Both the position numbers and the translations under genes were made by a program. A DNA stretch of 64,000 nt from an uncultured Pelagibacteraceae bacterium (GTDB taxonomy: Bacteria > Pseudomonadota > Alphaproteobacteria > Pelagibacterales > Pelagibacteraceae): contig CACORJ010000004.1 in the NCBI GenBank assembly GCA_902629575.1, forward strand, positions 19,509 to 83,508, read 5' to 3'. The notes below the pieces were generated by a model, which searched no databases, was not told where the DNA came from, and worked only from the letters and a program-made list of their open reading frames with translations. Numbering within the stretch: the stretch's first letter is position 1; every line of letters begins with the position of its first letter. Shown here in pieces: positions 40,736 to 50,632 of this stretch.

Positions 40736-41086
40736 ATGACACTAATGTCTAAATCTGATGAAGAAATTTTTGCAATAGGTAAACCCTTTTGGGAAAATTT
40801 AGTAAGATCTTCAAATCTGAAAGATTATGGCAGTTTTACAAGAGATTTCTCGACCCAAATGCTTTTTGGAGCAAACGAGGTAGAACTTGGAAAACAATGG
40901 GCAAATAATGAGCTTATTACTAATTTAAATGAGTCTTATGAACCATTTGGAACATTAAGAAGAGGAGAGCATATAACAATTCTTATAAAACAAACTAATA
41001 AGAAGATACCTGGAGAGTTTTTAGGCAGATTAGTTTTAGGGGAAGAGGATGGGGAGATCAAGATCTTTGGAGCTACAATTTATTAA
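40736..41086 (+). CDS. Hypothetical protein downstream of aprA
   Basis: 116-aa ORF, co-oriented, 22 nt after aprA. Confidence 0.75.
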   Translation: MTLMSKSDEEIFAIGKPFWENLVRSSNLKDYGSFTRDFSTQMLFGANEVELGKQWANNELITNLNESYEPFGTLRRGEHITILIKQTNKKIPGEFLGRLVLGEEDGEIKIFGATIY

Positions 41087-41153
41087 TAAAAAACGATAGT
41101 TCTAACGAATATTAGTTTGACAATTTCTCAAGTGGGTGTATTCAGAAATATAT

Positions 41154-41288
41154 ATGCGAATTTCTAATATTAAAATTCTTAATAAATTAAATACTAAAAA
41201 AACTACTTTTATTAAAACAGGAATTTTTTCAGCAATAGTTGTTTGTTGGGGTGTAATTTTATTTGGAACTTTTATAAATTTTAAATAA
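41154..41288 (+). CDS. Possible small single-TM protein (44 aa)
   Basis: MRISNIK...GIFSAIVVCWGVILFGTFINFK*; TTGACA at 41117 upstream. Confidence 0.4.
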   Translation: MRISNIKILNKLNTKKTTFIKTGIFSAIVVCWGVILFGTFINFK

Positions 41289-41313
41289 AAAAATATTAAA
41301 TTTTTTAATTTAA

Positions 41314-42408
41314 ATGGATGTTTTTTTACCAATTGCTCAAGTATTTGTTAATCCAATTGAAATTCTTCTTTTAAGTGCATTAGTTGGAGTTTTATCAGGT
41401 CTTTTCGGAGTTGGTGGAGGCTTTTTGATGACACCATTTTTAATTTTTTTAGGAGTTCCTCCAGCTTACGCAGTTGCTAACGAAGCTAACAACATTTTAG
41501 CAACTTCTGTTTCAGGTTCTACTACTCATTGGTTAAAAAATACATTGGATTATAAAATGGGTTTTATAATTGTAATTGGTGGATCACTAGGAACTGCTTT
41601 AGGAATTTATACTTTTAGTTATTTTAAAGACATTGGAAAAATTGATGCCGTAATCTCCTTAGCTTATATGTACATTCTAGCAATAATAGGTACGCTTATG
41701 TTAGTAGAAAGTATTGGAGAAATCGATAAAGCAAAAAGAAATATAGTAGAAAAGAAAAAGTTGCATGTTCACTATTGGATTCACGGCCTTCCATTAAGAA
41801 TGCGATTTCCTAAATCGAAATTATATGAAAGTATTTTTACACCTATTATTATTGGTTTGGCAGTAGGGTTTATTGCAGCTATCATGGGTATTGGTGGAGC
41901 TTTTATATTAGTTCCTGCAATGATCTATATAATTAAAATGCCTACGAGATTAGTTCCAGGTACCTCATTATTTGTAACAATTTTTGTAAGTGTCATAGTT
42001 ACTTTTTTACACTCATTTAATTATGGATCTATCGATTTAATGCTAGTTGTTATGTTAGTAATTGGTTCAATAATAGGAGTTCAGATCGGTCAAAAATTAG
42101 GTGAAAGTATTGAAAGTTCAGGATTAAAAGCTTTACTAGCAATTTTATTATTAGTTGTTGGTATTGCTATTGCTTACGATACTTTTTTTGCAAATGATAT
42201 TCATCAAGAAATTTCTAAAATTGACATCTCAAATTTAAATTTTTTCTCTAAATTTATAAAACAATTTTCACAAGACATGCCATTCTTTTATGGATTATTT
42301 TCTATTATGTTTGCTGTATTTATAGGCATTGGAGCAGCATTCATAAGAAGATTTCTGTCAAATTTAAGAAAGAAATATTTAAATCAAATAGCTAAACAAA
42401 TTAAATAA
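41314..42408 (+). CDS. TauE/SafE family sulfite exporter
   Basis: GLFGVGGGFLMTP and MGIGGAFILVP repeats. Confidence 0.9.
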   Translation: MDVFLPIAQVFVNPIEILLLSALVGVLSGLFGVGGGFLMTPFLIFLGVPPAYAVANEANNILATSVSGSTTHWLKNTLDYKMGFIIVIGGSLGTALGIYTFSYFKDIGKIDAVISLAYMYILAIIGTLMLVESIGEIDKAKRNIVEKKKLHVHYWIHGLPLRMRFPKSKLYESIFTPIIIGLAVGFIAAIMGIGGAFILVPAMIYIIKMPTRLVPGTSLFVTIFVSVIVTFLHSFNYGSIDLMLVVMLVIGSIIGVQIGQKLGESIESSGLKALLAILLLVVGIAIAYDTFFANDIHQEISKIDISNLNFFSKFIKQFSQDMPFFYGLFSIMFAVFIGIGAAFIRRFLSNLRKKYLNQIAKQIK

Positions 42409-43486
42409 AAAACTTAGAAATAGTCTCAATATAAATTAGACTTATAATTCCAACTGTTATGGCAGCAATAAATCCCACTATAAATGGTTTATAACCCATT
42501 GATTTTAGTTCACTGAGATTAATTGATATCCCAACAGCAGCCATAGCCATTGTTAAAAAAACTGTCGTAAATGTTTTAAATAAATCAATTATATTTAACC
42601 AGATTACATTATTCTCACTTTCAGCAAGAAAAATATGATCACCTAGATTTCTTATAATTATCATTCCAATAAAACCTAGAACAAAATAAGGAAAAATATC
42701 TAAAATTGAGTATTTTTGACCTTTCAACTCACCACGATTATATAAAAATGCAAACAATGGAATTAAAAGTACTAAAAATGTATTTCTAATTAATTTAGTT
42801 ACTGTAGCCATATTTAATGTCTCGGGACTATTGAATTGTTGGTCGTATATAAGCCCAGCAGCAGCTACCTGAGAAGTTTCATGTATAGATGTGCCTAAAA
42901 ATAGTCCTGCTTTAATTTCATTTTCATTAAAATACCATTCTGCAAAATAAGGATATACAAGCATTGCTATTACTCCAAATAATGTGATATTAGCTATAGC
43001 GTAAGCTACCTCAGTTTTTTTTGCATTAATCACTGGAGCTGTTGCAACTATTGCTGTTGCGCCACACACACATGTTCCTATAGCTATAAGATAAGACATC
43101 TTTGAAGATATTGAGACTTTTTTAATCAATAATTTAATTATTATTAATACAGCAAAAATACAAACTACAATTAGAGGAATTGCAATATAGCCAAATTTTA
43201 AAAAATCTTCGAAACTTAATCTTATACCTAAAAAAATAATACCAAGTTTTAAAATATATTGTTGTGTAAAGTCTAAACCAATCATCATACCAGGTCTTGG
43301 TGTAAAAGCATTTCCCATAAGAATTCCCAGAAGAATTGCGATTAATACAGTTGATATTGGACTTTTAGAAGTATCAAAAATTTCAATTGCTAATACATTA
43401 TTAATCCCTTGTGAAAATAAATAAAAAATTAGCGCTAAAGCTACACCTGGAAAAATTTTTTTTATAAATAAAATTTTTGATAACAC
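42401..43486 (-). CDS. YeiH family putative sulfate/sulfite exporter
   Basis: GTCVCGATAIVA, GTSIHETSQV, TKLIRN. Confidence 0.88.
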   Translation of the reverse strand: MLSKILFIKKIFPGVALALIFYLFSQGINNVLAIEIFDTSKSPISTVLIAILLGILMGNAFTPRPGMMIGLDFTQQYILKLGIIFLGIRLSFEDFLKFGYIAIPLIVVCIFAVLIIIKLLIKKVSISSKMSYLIAIGTCVCGATAIVATAPVINAKKTEVAYAIANITLFGVIAMLVYPYFAEWYFNENEIKAGLFLGTSIHETSQVAAAGLIYDQQFNSPETLNMATVTKLIRNTFLVLLIPLFAFLYNRGELKGQKYSILDIFPYFVLGFIGMIIIRNLGDHIFLAESENNVIWLNIIDLFKTFTTVFLTMAMAAVGISINLSELKSMGYKPFIVGFIAAITVGIISLIYIETISKFFI

Positions 43487-43504
43487 AATGTGATCAAATA
43501 AGAC

Positions 43505-44671
43505 TTAAGCACTTCTATATAGCTTAGTCATTACAAATTCTTTATGACCTAAAGCTTCAGCGCAGGTTAGTCTTCCATTAGCCACTCTTAGTGTTGTCTC
43601 AATGAGTTTATCTCCCGCCTCAGATAAATTCATCTCTCTTGAAAGTATTTTAGAAACATCACAATCAACATGTTCACTCATGCTTTTTGCTGTTAGAGGA
43701 TTTGCAGTTAGTTTAACAACTGGTTCAATAGGATTTCCAACAATATTTCCTTGTCCAGTTGGAAAAAGATGAATATTAAATCCTCCGGCTGCTTGAAGTG
43801 TAATACACTCAGCGGCTGCTGAGGATGTATCCATAAAATACAATCCTGGTCCTTTTGATGGTTCTTCTGCTGGCTCTAGGACATCTATAAATTTCAAATT
43901 TCCAATTTTTTGAAAATTACCAAATGCCTTTTCCTCAATTGTTGTTAATCCACCTGCAATATTTCCTGCAGTCGGCTGACTTTCTGATAAATCATCAGTA
44001 GCTTCTTTTAATATAAATTCATTATATGAACTCCATGTTTTCATAAATTTTGCAGATGCTTCTTGGGTTGCACCTCTTGTAGCACAAACCTCTTCAGCAC
44101 CTGTTAACTCAGAAGTTTCCCCAAAACATAAATGAACACCAAGGGGTTCTAATTTTTCCATTAAATTTCCAACTGTTGGATTCGAAGCTAAGCCCGATGT
44201 TGTATCTGACTCTCCACATTTCACTGAGATCCACAAATCACTCATTGGACATTCTTCTCTTTGAATTTCCGAAGCCCATTGTGAAAATTCCTGTGCTTTT
44301 TTTGAGGCTTTCATTACGGTTCCAATATCACCTGTTCTCTCTATATGAAAACCTTCTACAGGCTTTCCAGTTTTGGCTATACCATCAACTATTCTTTTAG
44401 TCCACTTTGGCTCTATACCAATCACAATTACAGCGGCAACGTTTGGGTTACTGCCAGTTCCTATCATTGTTCGAAAATGTAATTCTAAATCTGCACCAAA
44501 TTGGAGTCGTCCATAAGAATGAGGTAATGCAATAGTTCCTTTTATATTATTTGCGACTGCTTCAGCACATGCGTTAGAGATGTCATCAACAGGTAATATA
44601 ATTACGTGATTTCTTGTTCCTGCTCTACCGTTCTCTCTTTTATATCCTAAAAAATTTTTTGGAATTTCCAT
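43505..44671 (-). CDS. suyB: Sulfolactate sulfo-lyase beta subunit (UxaA family)
   Basis: [37 protein letters not shown]; sulfonate context. Confidence 0.85.
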   Translation of the reverse strand: MEIPKNFLGYKRENGRAGTRNHVIILPVDDISNACAEAVANNIKGTIALPHSYGRLQFGADLELHFRTMIGTGSNPNVAAVIVIGIEPKWTKRIVDGIAKTGKPVEGFHIERTGDIGTVMKASKKAQEFSQWASEIQREECPMSDLWISVKCGESDTTSGLASNPTVGNLMEKLEPLGVHLCFGETSELTGAEEVCATRGATQEASAKFMKTWSSYNEFILKEATDDLSESQPTAGNIAGGLTTIEEKAFGNFQKIGNLKFIDVLEPAEEPSKGPGLYFMDTSSAAAECITLQAAGGFNIHLFPTGQGNIVGNPIEPVVKLTANPLTAKSMSEHVDCDVSKILSREMNLSEAGDKLIETTLRVANGRLTCAEALGHKEFVMTKLYRSA

Positions 44672-44674
44672 TAA

Positions 44675-44959
44675 TTACCACTTCTTAGTTTTAACGTTAT
44701 GAACATGTACATGTTCACCTTTTTTAATAGATTTGACTACTTTCCCTATATCATGACCATATTTGAGTATGGTATCACCCTGATTTAAGTCAACCATTGC
44801 AATTTTATGCCCTAGAGGTATTTCTTCCATTGATTGTATATTTGTAGAGCTATCATCCTCCATAATCCAGCATTTACAGTCTTGTTTTGGTGTAATTTTT
44901 TCTATAACAACCACCCCAACATTATCCTTTTTATCATGGATTATAATGTCAGTTGTCAT
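44675..44959 (-). CDS. suyA: Sulfolactate sulfo-lyase alpha subunit (SAF domain)
   Basis: DNVGV, IPLGHKIA, HVHVHNVKTKKW. Confidence 0.85.
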   Translation of the reverse strand: MTTDIIIHDKKDNVGVVVIEKITPKQDCKCWIMEDDSSTNIQSMEEIPLGHKIAMVDLNQGDTILKYGHDIGKVVKSIKKGEHVHVHNVKTKKW

Positions 44960-45079
44960 AAACTTTATTAATAGTGTCGATTTGTTTATTTGAATTTTGA
45001 GAAATCTTATATATTAATCGCGGCAATTAACAAATAGTTTTATAAAAATTATTATTACTGATTAAGAAAGGCTTAATAA

Positions 45080-46864
45080 ATGACAAAAATGACAACAGAA
45101 GAGGCTTTTGTAAAAGTTTTACAGATGCACGGTATAGAACATGCATTTGGAATTATTGGTTCAGCATTTATGCCGATCTCAGATATTTTTCCTGATGCAG
45201 GAATCACTTTTTGGGATGTTGCTCATGAAACTAACGGTGGATTAATTGCAGATGGCTACACTAGATCTACTGGAAAAATGTCAATGGTCATTGCTCAAAA
45301 TGGCCCGGGTATTACTGGTTTAGTAACTCCAATTAAAACTGCTTATTGGAATCATACGCCTTTATTATTAGTAACTCCACAAGCCGCAAATAAAACCATG
45401 GGTCAAGGTGGTTTTCAAGAAGTTGAACAAATGAATTTATTTAAAGATATGGTTTGTTATCAAGAAGAAGTAAGAGATCCATCAAGAATGGCTGAAGTTT
45501 TAAATAGAGTTATTGAAAAAGCAATTAGAGGTTCAGCTCCAGCACAAATAAATGTACCTAGAGATTATTGGACCCAAGTTATAGACATTGAATTACCACC
45601 AATTGTAAGATTAGAGAGACAAGGTGGAGGAGCCGAGGCAATAGAGAAAGCTGCAAAACTTTTATCAAATGCAAAATTTCCAGTTATTTTATCCGGAGCA
45701 GGAGTTGTTATCGGTGGTGCAATTGAAGAGACAAAAAAACTTGCTGAAAAATTAGACTCACCAGTTTGTTCTGGTTATCAACACAATGACAGCTTTCCAG
45801 GCAGTCATCCTTTAGCGGTTGGCCCATTAGGTTATAATGGATCAAAAGCTGCTATGGAGTTAATTTCTAAAGCTGATGTAGTTTTAGCTTTAGGAACTAG
45901 ATTAAATCCTTTTTCCACTTTACCAGGATACGGAATTGATTATTGGCCAAAGGATGCAAGTATTGTTCAAGTAGATATGAATCCAGATAGAATTGGATTA
46001 ACAAAAAAAGTAACAGTTGGAATTAGTGGTGATGCAAAGTTAGTAGCAAAACAAATTTTAGAGAAACTAACTCCAAATGCTGGGGACACTGACAGACAAA
46101 AAAGAAAAGATTTAATTCATCAAACAAAATCGGCTTGGTTACAAAAACTATCAAGCTTAGACCATGAAGATGATGATGAGGGTACTGTTTGGAATAAAGA
46201 AGCAAGAGAAAGAGATAAAGATAGAATGTCTCCAAGACAAGCTTGGAGAGCAATACAAGCTGGAATGCCCGAAGATGTAATTATATCAAGTGATATTGGA
46301 AATAATTGCGCAATAGGAAATGCATATCCAACTTTTGAGAAAGGTAGAAAATATTTAGCCCCAGGTTTATTTGGACCTTGTGGTTATGGTTTTCCATCAA
46401 TACTAGGAGCAAAAATTGGATGTCCTGATACTCCAGTAATTGGATTTGCAGGGGATGGTGCTTTTGGAATAAGTATGAATGAAATGAGCTCGTGCGCTAG
46501 AGAAGAATGGCCATCAATAACAATGGTTATTTTTAGAAATTATCAATGGGGAGCAGAAAAAAGAAATACAACTCTATGGTATGATAATAATTTTATAGGC
46601 ACAGAGTTAGACCCAAATTTGAGTTATGCAAAAATTGCGGACGCATGTGGTCTAAAAGGTGTTACAGTTAAAACTATGGAAGAGACGACTGCAGCAATCA
46701 AGCAATCTTGTGAAGATCAAAAAAAAGGAATTACTACTTTTGTAGAAGTTATTTTAAATCAAGAACTTGGTGAACCGTTTAGAAGAGATGCAATGAAAGC
46801 TCCCGTAAGAGTTGCTGGAATTAAAAAAGAAGATATGAAAAAGCAGCCTTCTTTAAATTCTTAA
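45080..46864 (+). CDS. xsc: Sulfoacetaldehyde acetyltransferase
   Basis: MTTEEAFVKVLQMHGIEHAFGIIGSA, GDGAFG, QWGAEKRN, EPFRRDAM. Confidence 0.96.
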   Translation: MTKMTTEEAFVKVLQMHGIEHAFGIIGSAFMPISDIFPDAGITFWDVAHETNGGLIADGYTRSTGKMSMVIAQNGPGITGLVTPIKTAYWNHTPLLLVTPQAANKTMGQGGFQEVEQMNLFKDMVCYQEEVRDPSRMAEVLNRVIEKAIRGSAPAQINVPRDYWTQVIDIELPPIVRLERQGGGAEAIEKAAKLLSNAKFPVILSGAGVVIGGAIEETKKLAEKLDSPVCSGYQHNDSFPGSHPLAVGPLGYNGSKAAMELISKADVVLALGTRLNPFSTLPGYGIDYWPKDASIVQVDMNPDRIGLTKKVTVGISGDAKLVAKQILEKLTPNAGDTDRQKRKDLIHQTKSAWLQKLSSLDHEDDDEGTVWNKEARERDKDRMSPRQAWRAIQAGMPEDVIISSDIGNNCAIGNAYPTFEKGRKYLAPGLFGPCGYGFPSILGAKIGCPDTPVIGFAGDGAFGISMNEMSSCAREEWPSITMVIFRNYQWGAEKRNTTLWYDNNFIGTELDPNLSYAKIADACGLKGVTVKTMEETTAAIKQSCEDQKKGITTFVEVILNQELGEPFRRDAMKAPVRVAGIKKEDMKKQPSLNS

Positions 46865-46903
46865 GATCTTTTAATTAACAATTAATTATCGTAATCTTTA
46901 ATT

Positions 46904-48208
46904 ATGGAGGTCATTAATGATAATAATTGTAGTTGGATTAATGATCTTAATTTAAGGACAAATATACAAACACTTTCCTCTAATTTAATTTGCGAATGGT
47001 TAATAATTGGTGCAGGGTATACAGGGTTGTCAGCTGCTAGAAAATTAGGTCAACTTTATCCAAATCAAAAAATATTATTAGTAGATTCTCAATTAGCGGG
47101 TGAGGGCGCAAGTTCTAGAAACTCAGGGTATTTAGTTGATACTACACTAAATGATGGTTTTTCATCTAATAAAGAATTGATAAATTACAAAAAAAAAACG
47201 GATATCTATAAATTAGGAATCGAGTCAGTAAAAAAGTTTATAAAAGAGCATCAAGTTGATTGTGATTGGAATGAATGTGGAAAGTATTTTGCATCTTCAT
47301 TGCTTGAAGATGAAGATATTTTGAAAAACTTTTCAGACACTCTTTCTAAATTAGGATTTGAGCATAATTTATTATTTCAAGAAGAGCTTACAAATAGATT
47401 AGGTACTAATTTTTATAATATTGCTCTTCACACAAAAGGAGGTATTTTACTTCATCCGGGAAAATTAGTTAGAGCGATGATTGATACATTACCTGAGAAC
47501 GTAAATCTTTATGAAAATTCAACATTACTAAATTGGAAAAAGTTTAATGGTAAGATTAATTGTAATTTTAAAACTGGGACAATTAAGACAAAAAAGGTAA
47601 TCTTTGCCACTAACGGATTTCTTAAATCACTAGGAGTTAAAACAAATTATAATTTCCCTATTACTTTAACTGCTAGTATGACAAGGCCATTAACTGATAA
47701 AGAATTTAAATCTATAGGAAACCCGAAAGAGTGGGGTGTTCTACCTGTTAGACCAATGGGGGCAACAATAAGACTTACTAAAAATAAACGTATTTTAATA
47801 AGGAATACCGCAGAGGTTCATAATCCATATAAGATGATTCAATCAGATTTAGAAAAAAGATCAATCAAACAAAAAATAGGTTTAAAAAAAAGATTTCCAC
47901 AATTACCAGATAACATTATTCAATCATCTTGGTCAGGCATTGTTTCAAGAACAAGAAACAGTTCACAGATTTTTGAGAAAATTGATGATAATATTTTTGT
48001 GGCAGGTTGTTATAATGGCTCTGGTATAGGAGTTGGAACTCTATTTGGAGAACAAATAGCTTTTAAGGCTAGCAACGAAAATACAAATGAAATTGAAACT
48101 ATTGAGGCAAGAAGTAAACCTACCAGGTTGCCGCCGCAACCTTTTTTAGATTTAGGTGTTAAAGTTAGACTTATGTATGAGAGAATTAGAGCTAGATCAG
48201 AAATTTAG
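46904..48208 (+). CDS. FAD-dependent amine oxidoreductase (DAO/OrdL/TauY-like)
   Basis: IIGAGYTGLS, GASSRNSG, CYNGSG. Confidence 0.85.
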   Translation: MEVINDNNCSWINDLNLRTNIQTLSSNLICEWLIIGAGYTGLSAARKLGQLYPNQKILLVDSQLAGEGASSRNSGYLVDTTLNDGFSSNKELINYKKKTDIYKLGIESVKKFIKEHQVDCDWNECGKYFASSLLEDEDILKNFSDTLSKLGFEHNLLFQEELTNRLGTNFYNIALHTKGGILLHPGKLVRAMIDTLPENVNLYENSTLLNWKKFNGKINCNFKTGTIKTKKVIFATNGFLKSLGVKTNYNFPITLTASMTRPLTDKEFKSIGNPKEWGVLPVRPMGATIRLTKNKRILIRNTAEVHNPYKMIQSDLEKRSIKQKIGLKKRFPQLPDNIIQSSWSGIVSRTRNSSQIFEKIDDNIFVAGCYNGSGIGVGTLFGEQIAFKASNENTNEIETIEARSKPTRLPPQPFLDLGVKVRLMYERIRARSEI

Positions 48209-48258
48209 TCGGCACTTTTTGTTGCCAGGTGCAGTTAACATGGATATAAATTATTTTA

Positions 48259-48642
48259 ATGAACGATGTTAAAATCAGCTCAAATAAAAGTTTCGGAATT
48301 GTATTTTTCATAGTATTTCTAATAATTGGTATTTACCCTTTAATAAATAATGGGGATATTAGAATTTGGTCAATAATTCTCTCGCTTGCATTCTTATTTT
48401 TAGGATTAATTAATTCAAAAATCTTAACACCCTTAAATAAATTTTGGTTTAAGTTCGGAATTTTACTTGGTAAAATAATTTCACCATTAATTATGGGACT
48501 AATATTTTTTTGTGTAGTTACGCCAATAGGTTTTATAATGAAATTATTAGGAAAAGACTTACTTAACTTAAAATTTAACAAAGACAGGACTTATTGGATT
48601 GATAGAAATGGTCCAAAAAGTAAAATGAAAAACCAATTTTAA
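48259..48642 (+). CDS. SxtJ family membrane protein
   Basis: SFGIVF, LNKFWFKFGILLG, VTPIG, KNQF end. Confidence 0.85.
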   Translation: MNDVKISSNKSFGIVFFIVFLIIGIYPLINNGDIRIWSIILSLAFLFLGLINSKILTPLNKFWFKFGILLGKIISPLIMGLIFFCVVTPIGFIMKLLGKDLLNLKFNKDRTYWIDRNGPKSKMKNQF

Positions 48643-48792
48643 ATGAGTTTTATAAGAGAATTTTGGGAATTTTTAAGGGTGAGAAAAAAATATTGGCTTC
48701 TACCAATTATTATTGTTCTTGTAATTTTTGGTGGATTAATTGTTTTAACACAAGGTTCTGCTGTAGCCCCATTCATTTATACAATTTTTTAA
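48643..48792 (+). CDS. DUF5989/SxtK-like small protein (49 aa; not in ORF track)
   Basis: EFWEFLRVRKKYWLLP...SAVAPFIYTIF*. Confidence 0.88.
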   Translation: MSFIREFWEFLRVRKKYWLLPIIIVLVIFGGLIVLTQGSAVAPFIYTIF

Positions 48793-48793
48793 A

Positions 48794-50629
48794 GTGACTT
48801 CTATTCTGGGCATTTCTGCTTTTTATCATGATAGTGCGGCTTGTATTTTAAAAGATGGAAAAATTATTGCTGCCGCGCAAGAAGAAAGATTTACAAGAAA
48901 AAAACATGATCCAAGCTATCCTTATAATGCAGTGGAATTTGTTTTGAAATATTCTAATCTAAAATTGAGTGATGTTAATTATGTTGTTTTTTTTGAAAAA
49001 CCTTTCTTAAAATTTGAGAGATTATTGGAAACTTATGTTGCTTTTGCGCCAAAAGGATTTGCTTCATTTTCAAAAGCAATGCCCTTATGGATAAAAGAAA
49101 AACTTTTTCAAAAAAATTTCTTATTCAACAAACTAAAAGAACATGACCAAAATTATAAATCTGATGAAAATATTTTTTTTTCTGACCACCATTTAAGTCA
49201 TGCTGCAAGTGCTTTTTTTCCCTCACCATTTGAGGAAGCTTTGGTTCTAACTGCTGATGGGGTAGGTGAGTGGGCTACAACCACTATAGCCGTTGGTAAA
49301 AGTAATAATTTAGAAATAAAAAAGGAGATACATTTTCCGCATTCTCTTGGTCTGCTTTATTCAGCTTTTACTTATTATTCAGGATTTAAAGTTAATAGTG
49401 GTGAATATAAATTGATGGGTTTAGCACCTTATGGCAATCCTATTTTTGTAAATAAAATTAAAGAATTAATAGATATCAAAGATGATGGAACTTTTAGGTT
49501 AGATCAAAACTATTTTAATTACGCCACGGGTCTAACAATGACCAATAATAAATTTAATGATTTATTTGGAAAAAATCCAAGAAATCCAGAGAAAGAAAAA
49601 ATTAATCAATTTCATATGGATATAGCGGCATCTGTCCAAAAAATTACAGAAGAAATAATGATTAAATTAGCAAGATCAATACGTAAAGAATATAAAATAA
49701 ATAATTTGTGTTTAGCAGGCGGTGTGGCTTTAAATTGTGTTGCAAATGGAAAAATTTTAAAAGAAAAAATTTTTGATAATATCTGGATACAACCGGCTGC
49801 AGGTGATGCTGGTGGATCTTTAGGAGCTGCCCTTGCTCTTTGGTATTTAGAGAATGGTAATAAAAGAAAAGTTAATTTCAATGATGACATGCAGGGCTCT
49901 TATTTAGGAACAGAATTTAATCAAGAGGAAATTGAAAAAGAATTAGTATCTCTAGGGGCAAATTTTGAAACGTTAAAGTATGAAAGTTTAATTGATAAAA
50001 CTTCAGATTTATTATCTCAGGAAAAGGCTATTGGGTGGTTTCAAGGTAGAATGGAATTTGGGCCAAGAGCTTTGGGCGGAAGATCTATCCTTGGTGATCC
50101 AAGATCTGATAAAATGCAAAAAAATCTAAATTTAAAAGTCAAATATAGAGAGAGTTTTAGACCTTTTGCACCATCAATTTTAAAAGAAGATTTATCTGAA
50201 TGGTTTGATATTGAAAAAGATAGTCCTTACATGCTTTTAGTAGCCGATATTAATTCAAAAAAAAAAATTGAAATGAGTGAAGAACAGAAAAAACTTTTTG
50301 GTATAGATAAGTTAAATATAAAAAGATCTGAAATTCCAGCTGTTACTCATGTTGATTATTCTGCTAGAGTTCAAACAGTAAATAAGAATACTAATAGACG
50401 TTATTATGATTTAATTGCAAAATTTAAAGAGAAAACTGGGTGTCCAGTTTTAGTAAATACATCTTTTAATGTAAGAGGTGAACCAATTGTAAATTCACCA
50501 AAAGATGCTTTTAATTGTTTTATGGGGACCGAGCTTGATTACTTGGTGATAGGAAATTCAATTCTGGATAAAAAAAAACAAAAAACAATATTAAAAAAAG
50601 ATTATTCTAAAGAATTTGAATTGGATTAG
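48794..50629 (+). CDS. O-carbamoyltransferase (NodU/CmcH/SxtI family)
   Basis: ILGISAFYHDSAA, HHLSHAAS, GEYKLMGLAPYG, EFGPRALG, NTSFN. Confidence 0.95.
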   Translation: MTSILGISAFYHDSAACILKDGKIIAAAQEERFTRKKHDPSYPYNAVEFVLKYSNLKLSDVNYVVFFEKPFLKFERLLETYVAFAPKGFASFSKAMPLWIKEKLFQKNFLFNKLKEHDQNYKSDENIFFSDHHLSHAASAFFPSPFEEALVLTADGVGEWATTTIAVGKSNNLEIKKEIHFPHSLGLLYSAFTYYSGFKVNSGEYKLMGLAPYGNPIFVNKIKELIDIKDDGTFRLDQNYFNYATGLTMTNNKFNDLFGKNPRNPEKEKINQFHMDIAASVQKITEEIMIKLARSIRKEYKINNLCLAGGVALNCVANGKILKEKIFDNIWIQPAAGDAGGSLGAALALWYLENGNKRKVNFNDDMQGSYLGTEFNQEEIEKELVSLGANFETLKYESLIDKTSDLLSQEKAIGWFQGRMEFGPRALGGRSILGDPRSDKMQKNLNLKVKYRESFRPFAPSILKEDLSEWFDIEKDSPYMLLVADINSKKKIEMSEEQKKLFGIDKLNIKRSEIPAVTHVDYSARVQTVNKNTNRRYYDLIAKFKEKTGCPVLVNTSFNVRGEPIVNSPKDAFNCFMGTELDYLVIGNSILDKKKQKTILKKDYSKEFELD

Positions 50630-50632
50630 AAA

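Noticed and set aside
41102-41332. 76-aa minus-strand ORF
   Set aside because: Overlaps the tauE start and has no motif; the plus-strand 44-aa ORF fits the local orientation better
43505-44959. Altronate/galactarate dehydratase
   Set aside because: Split two-subunit form and the xsc/tauE/apr context favour SuyAB
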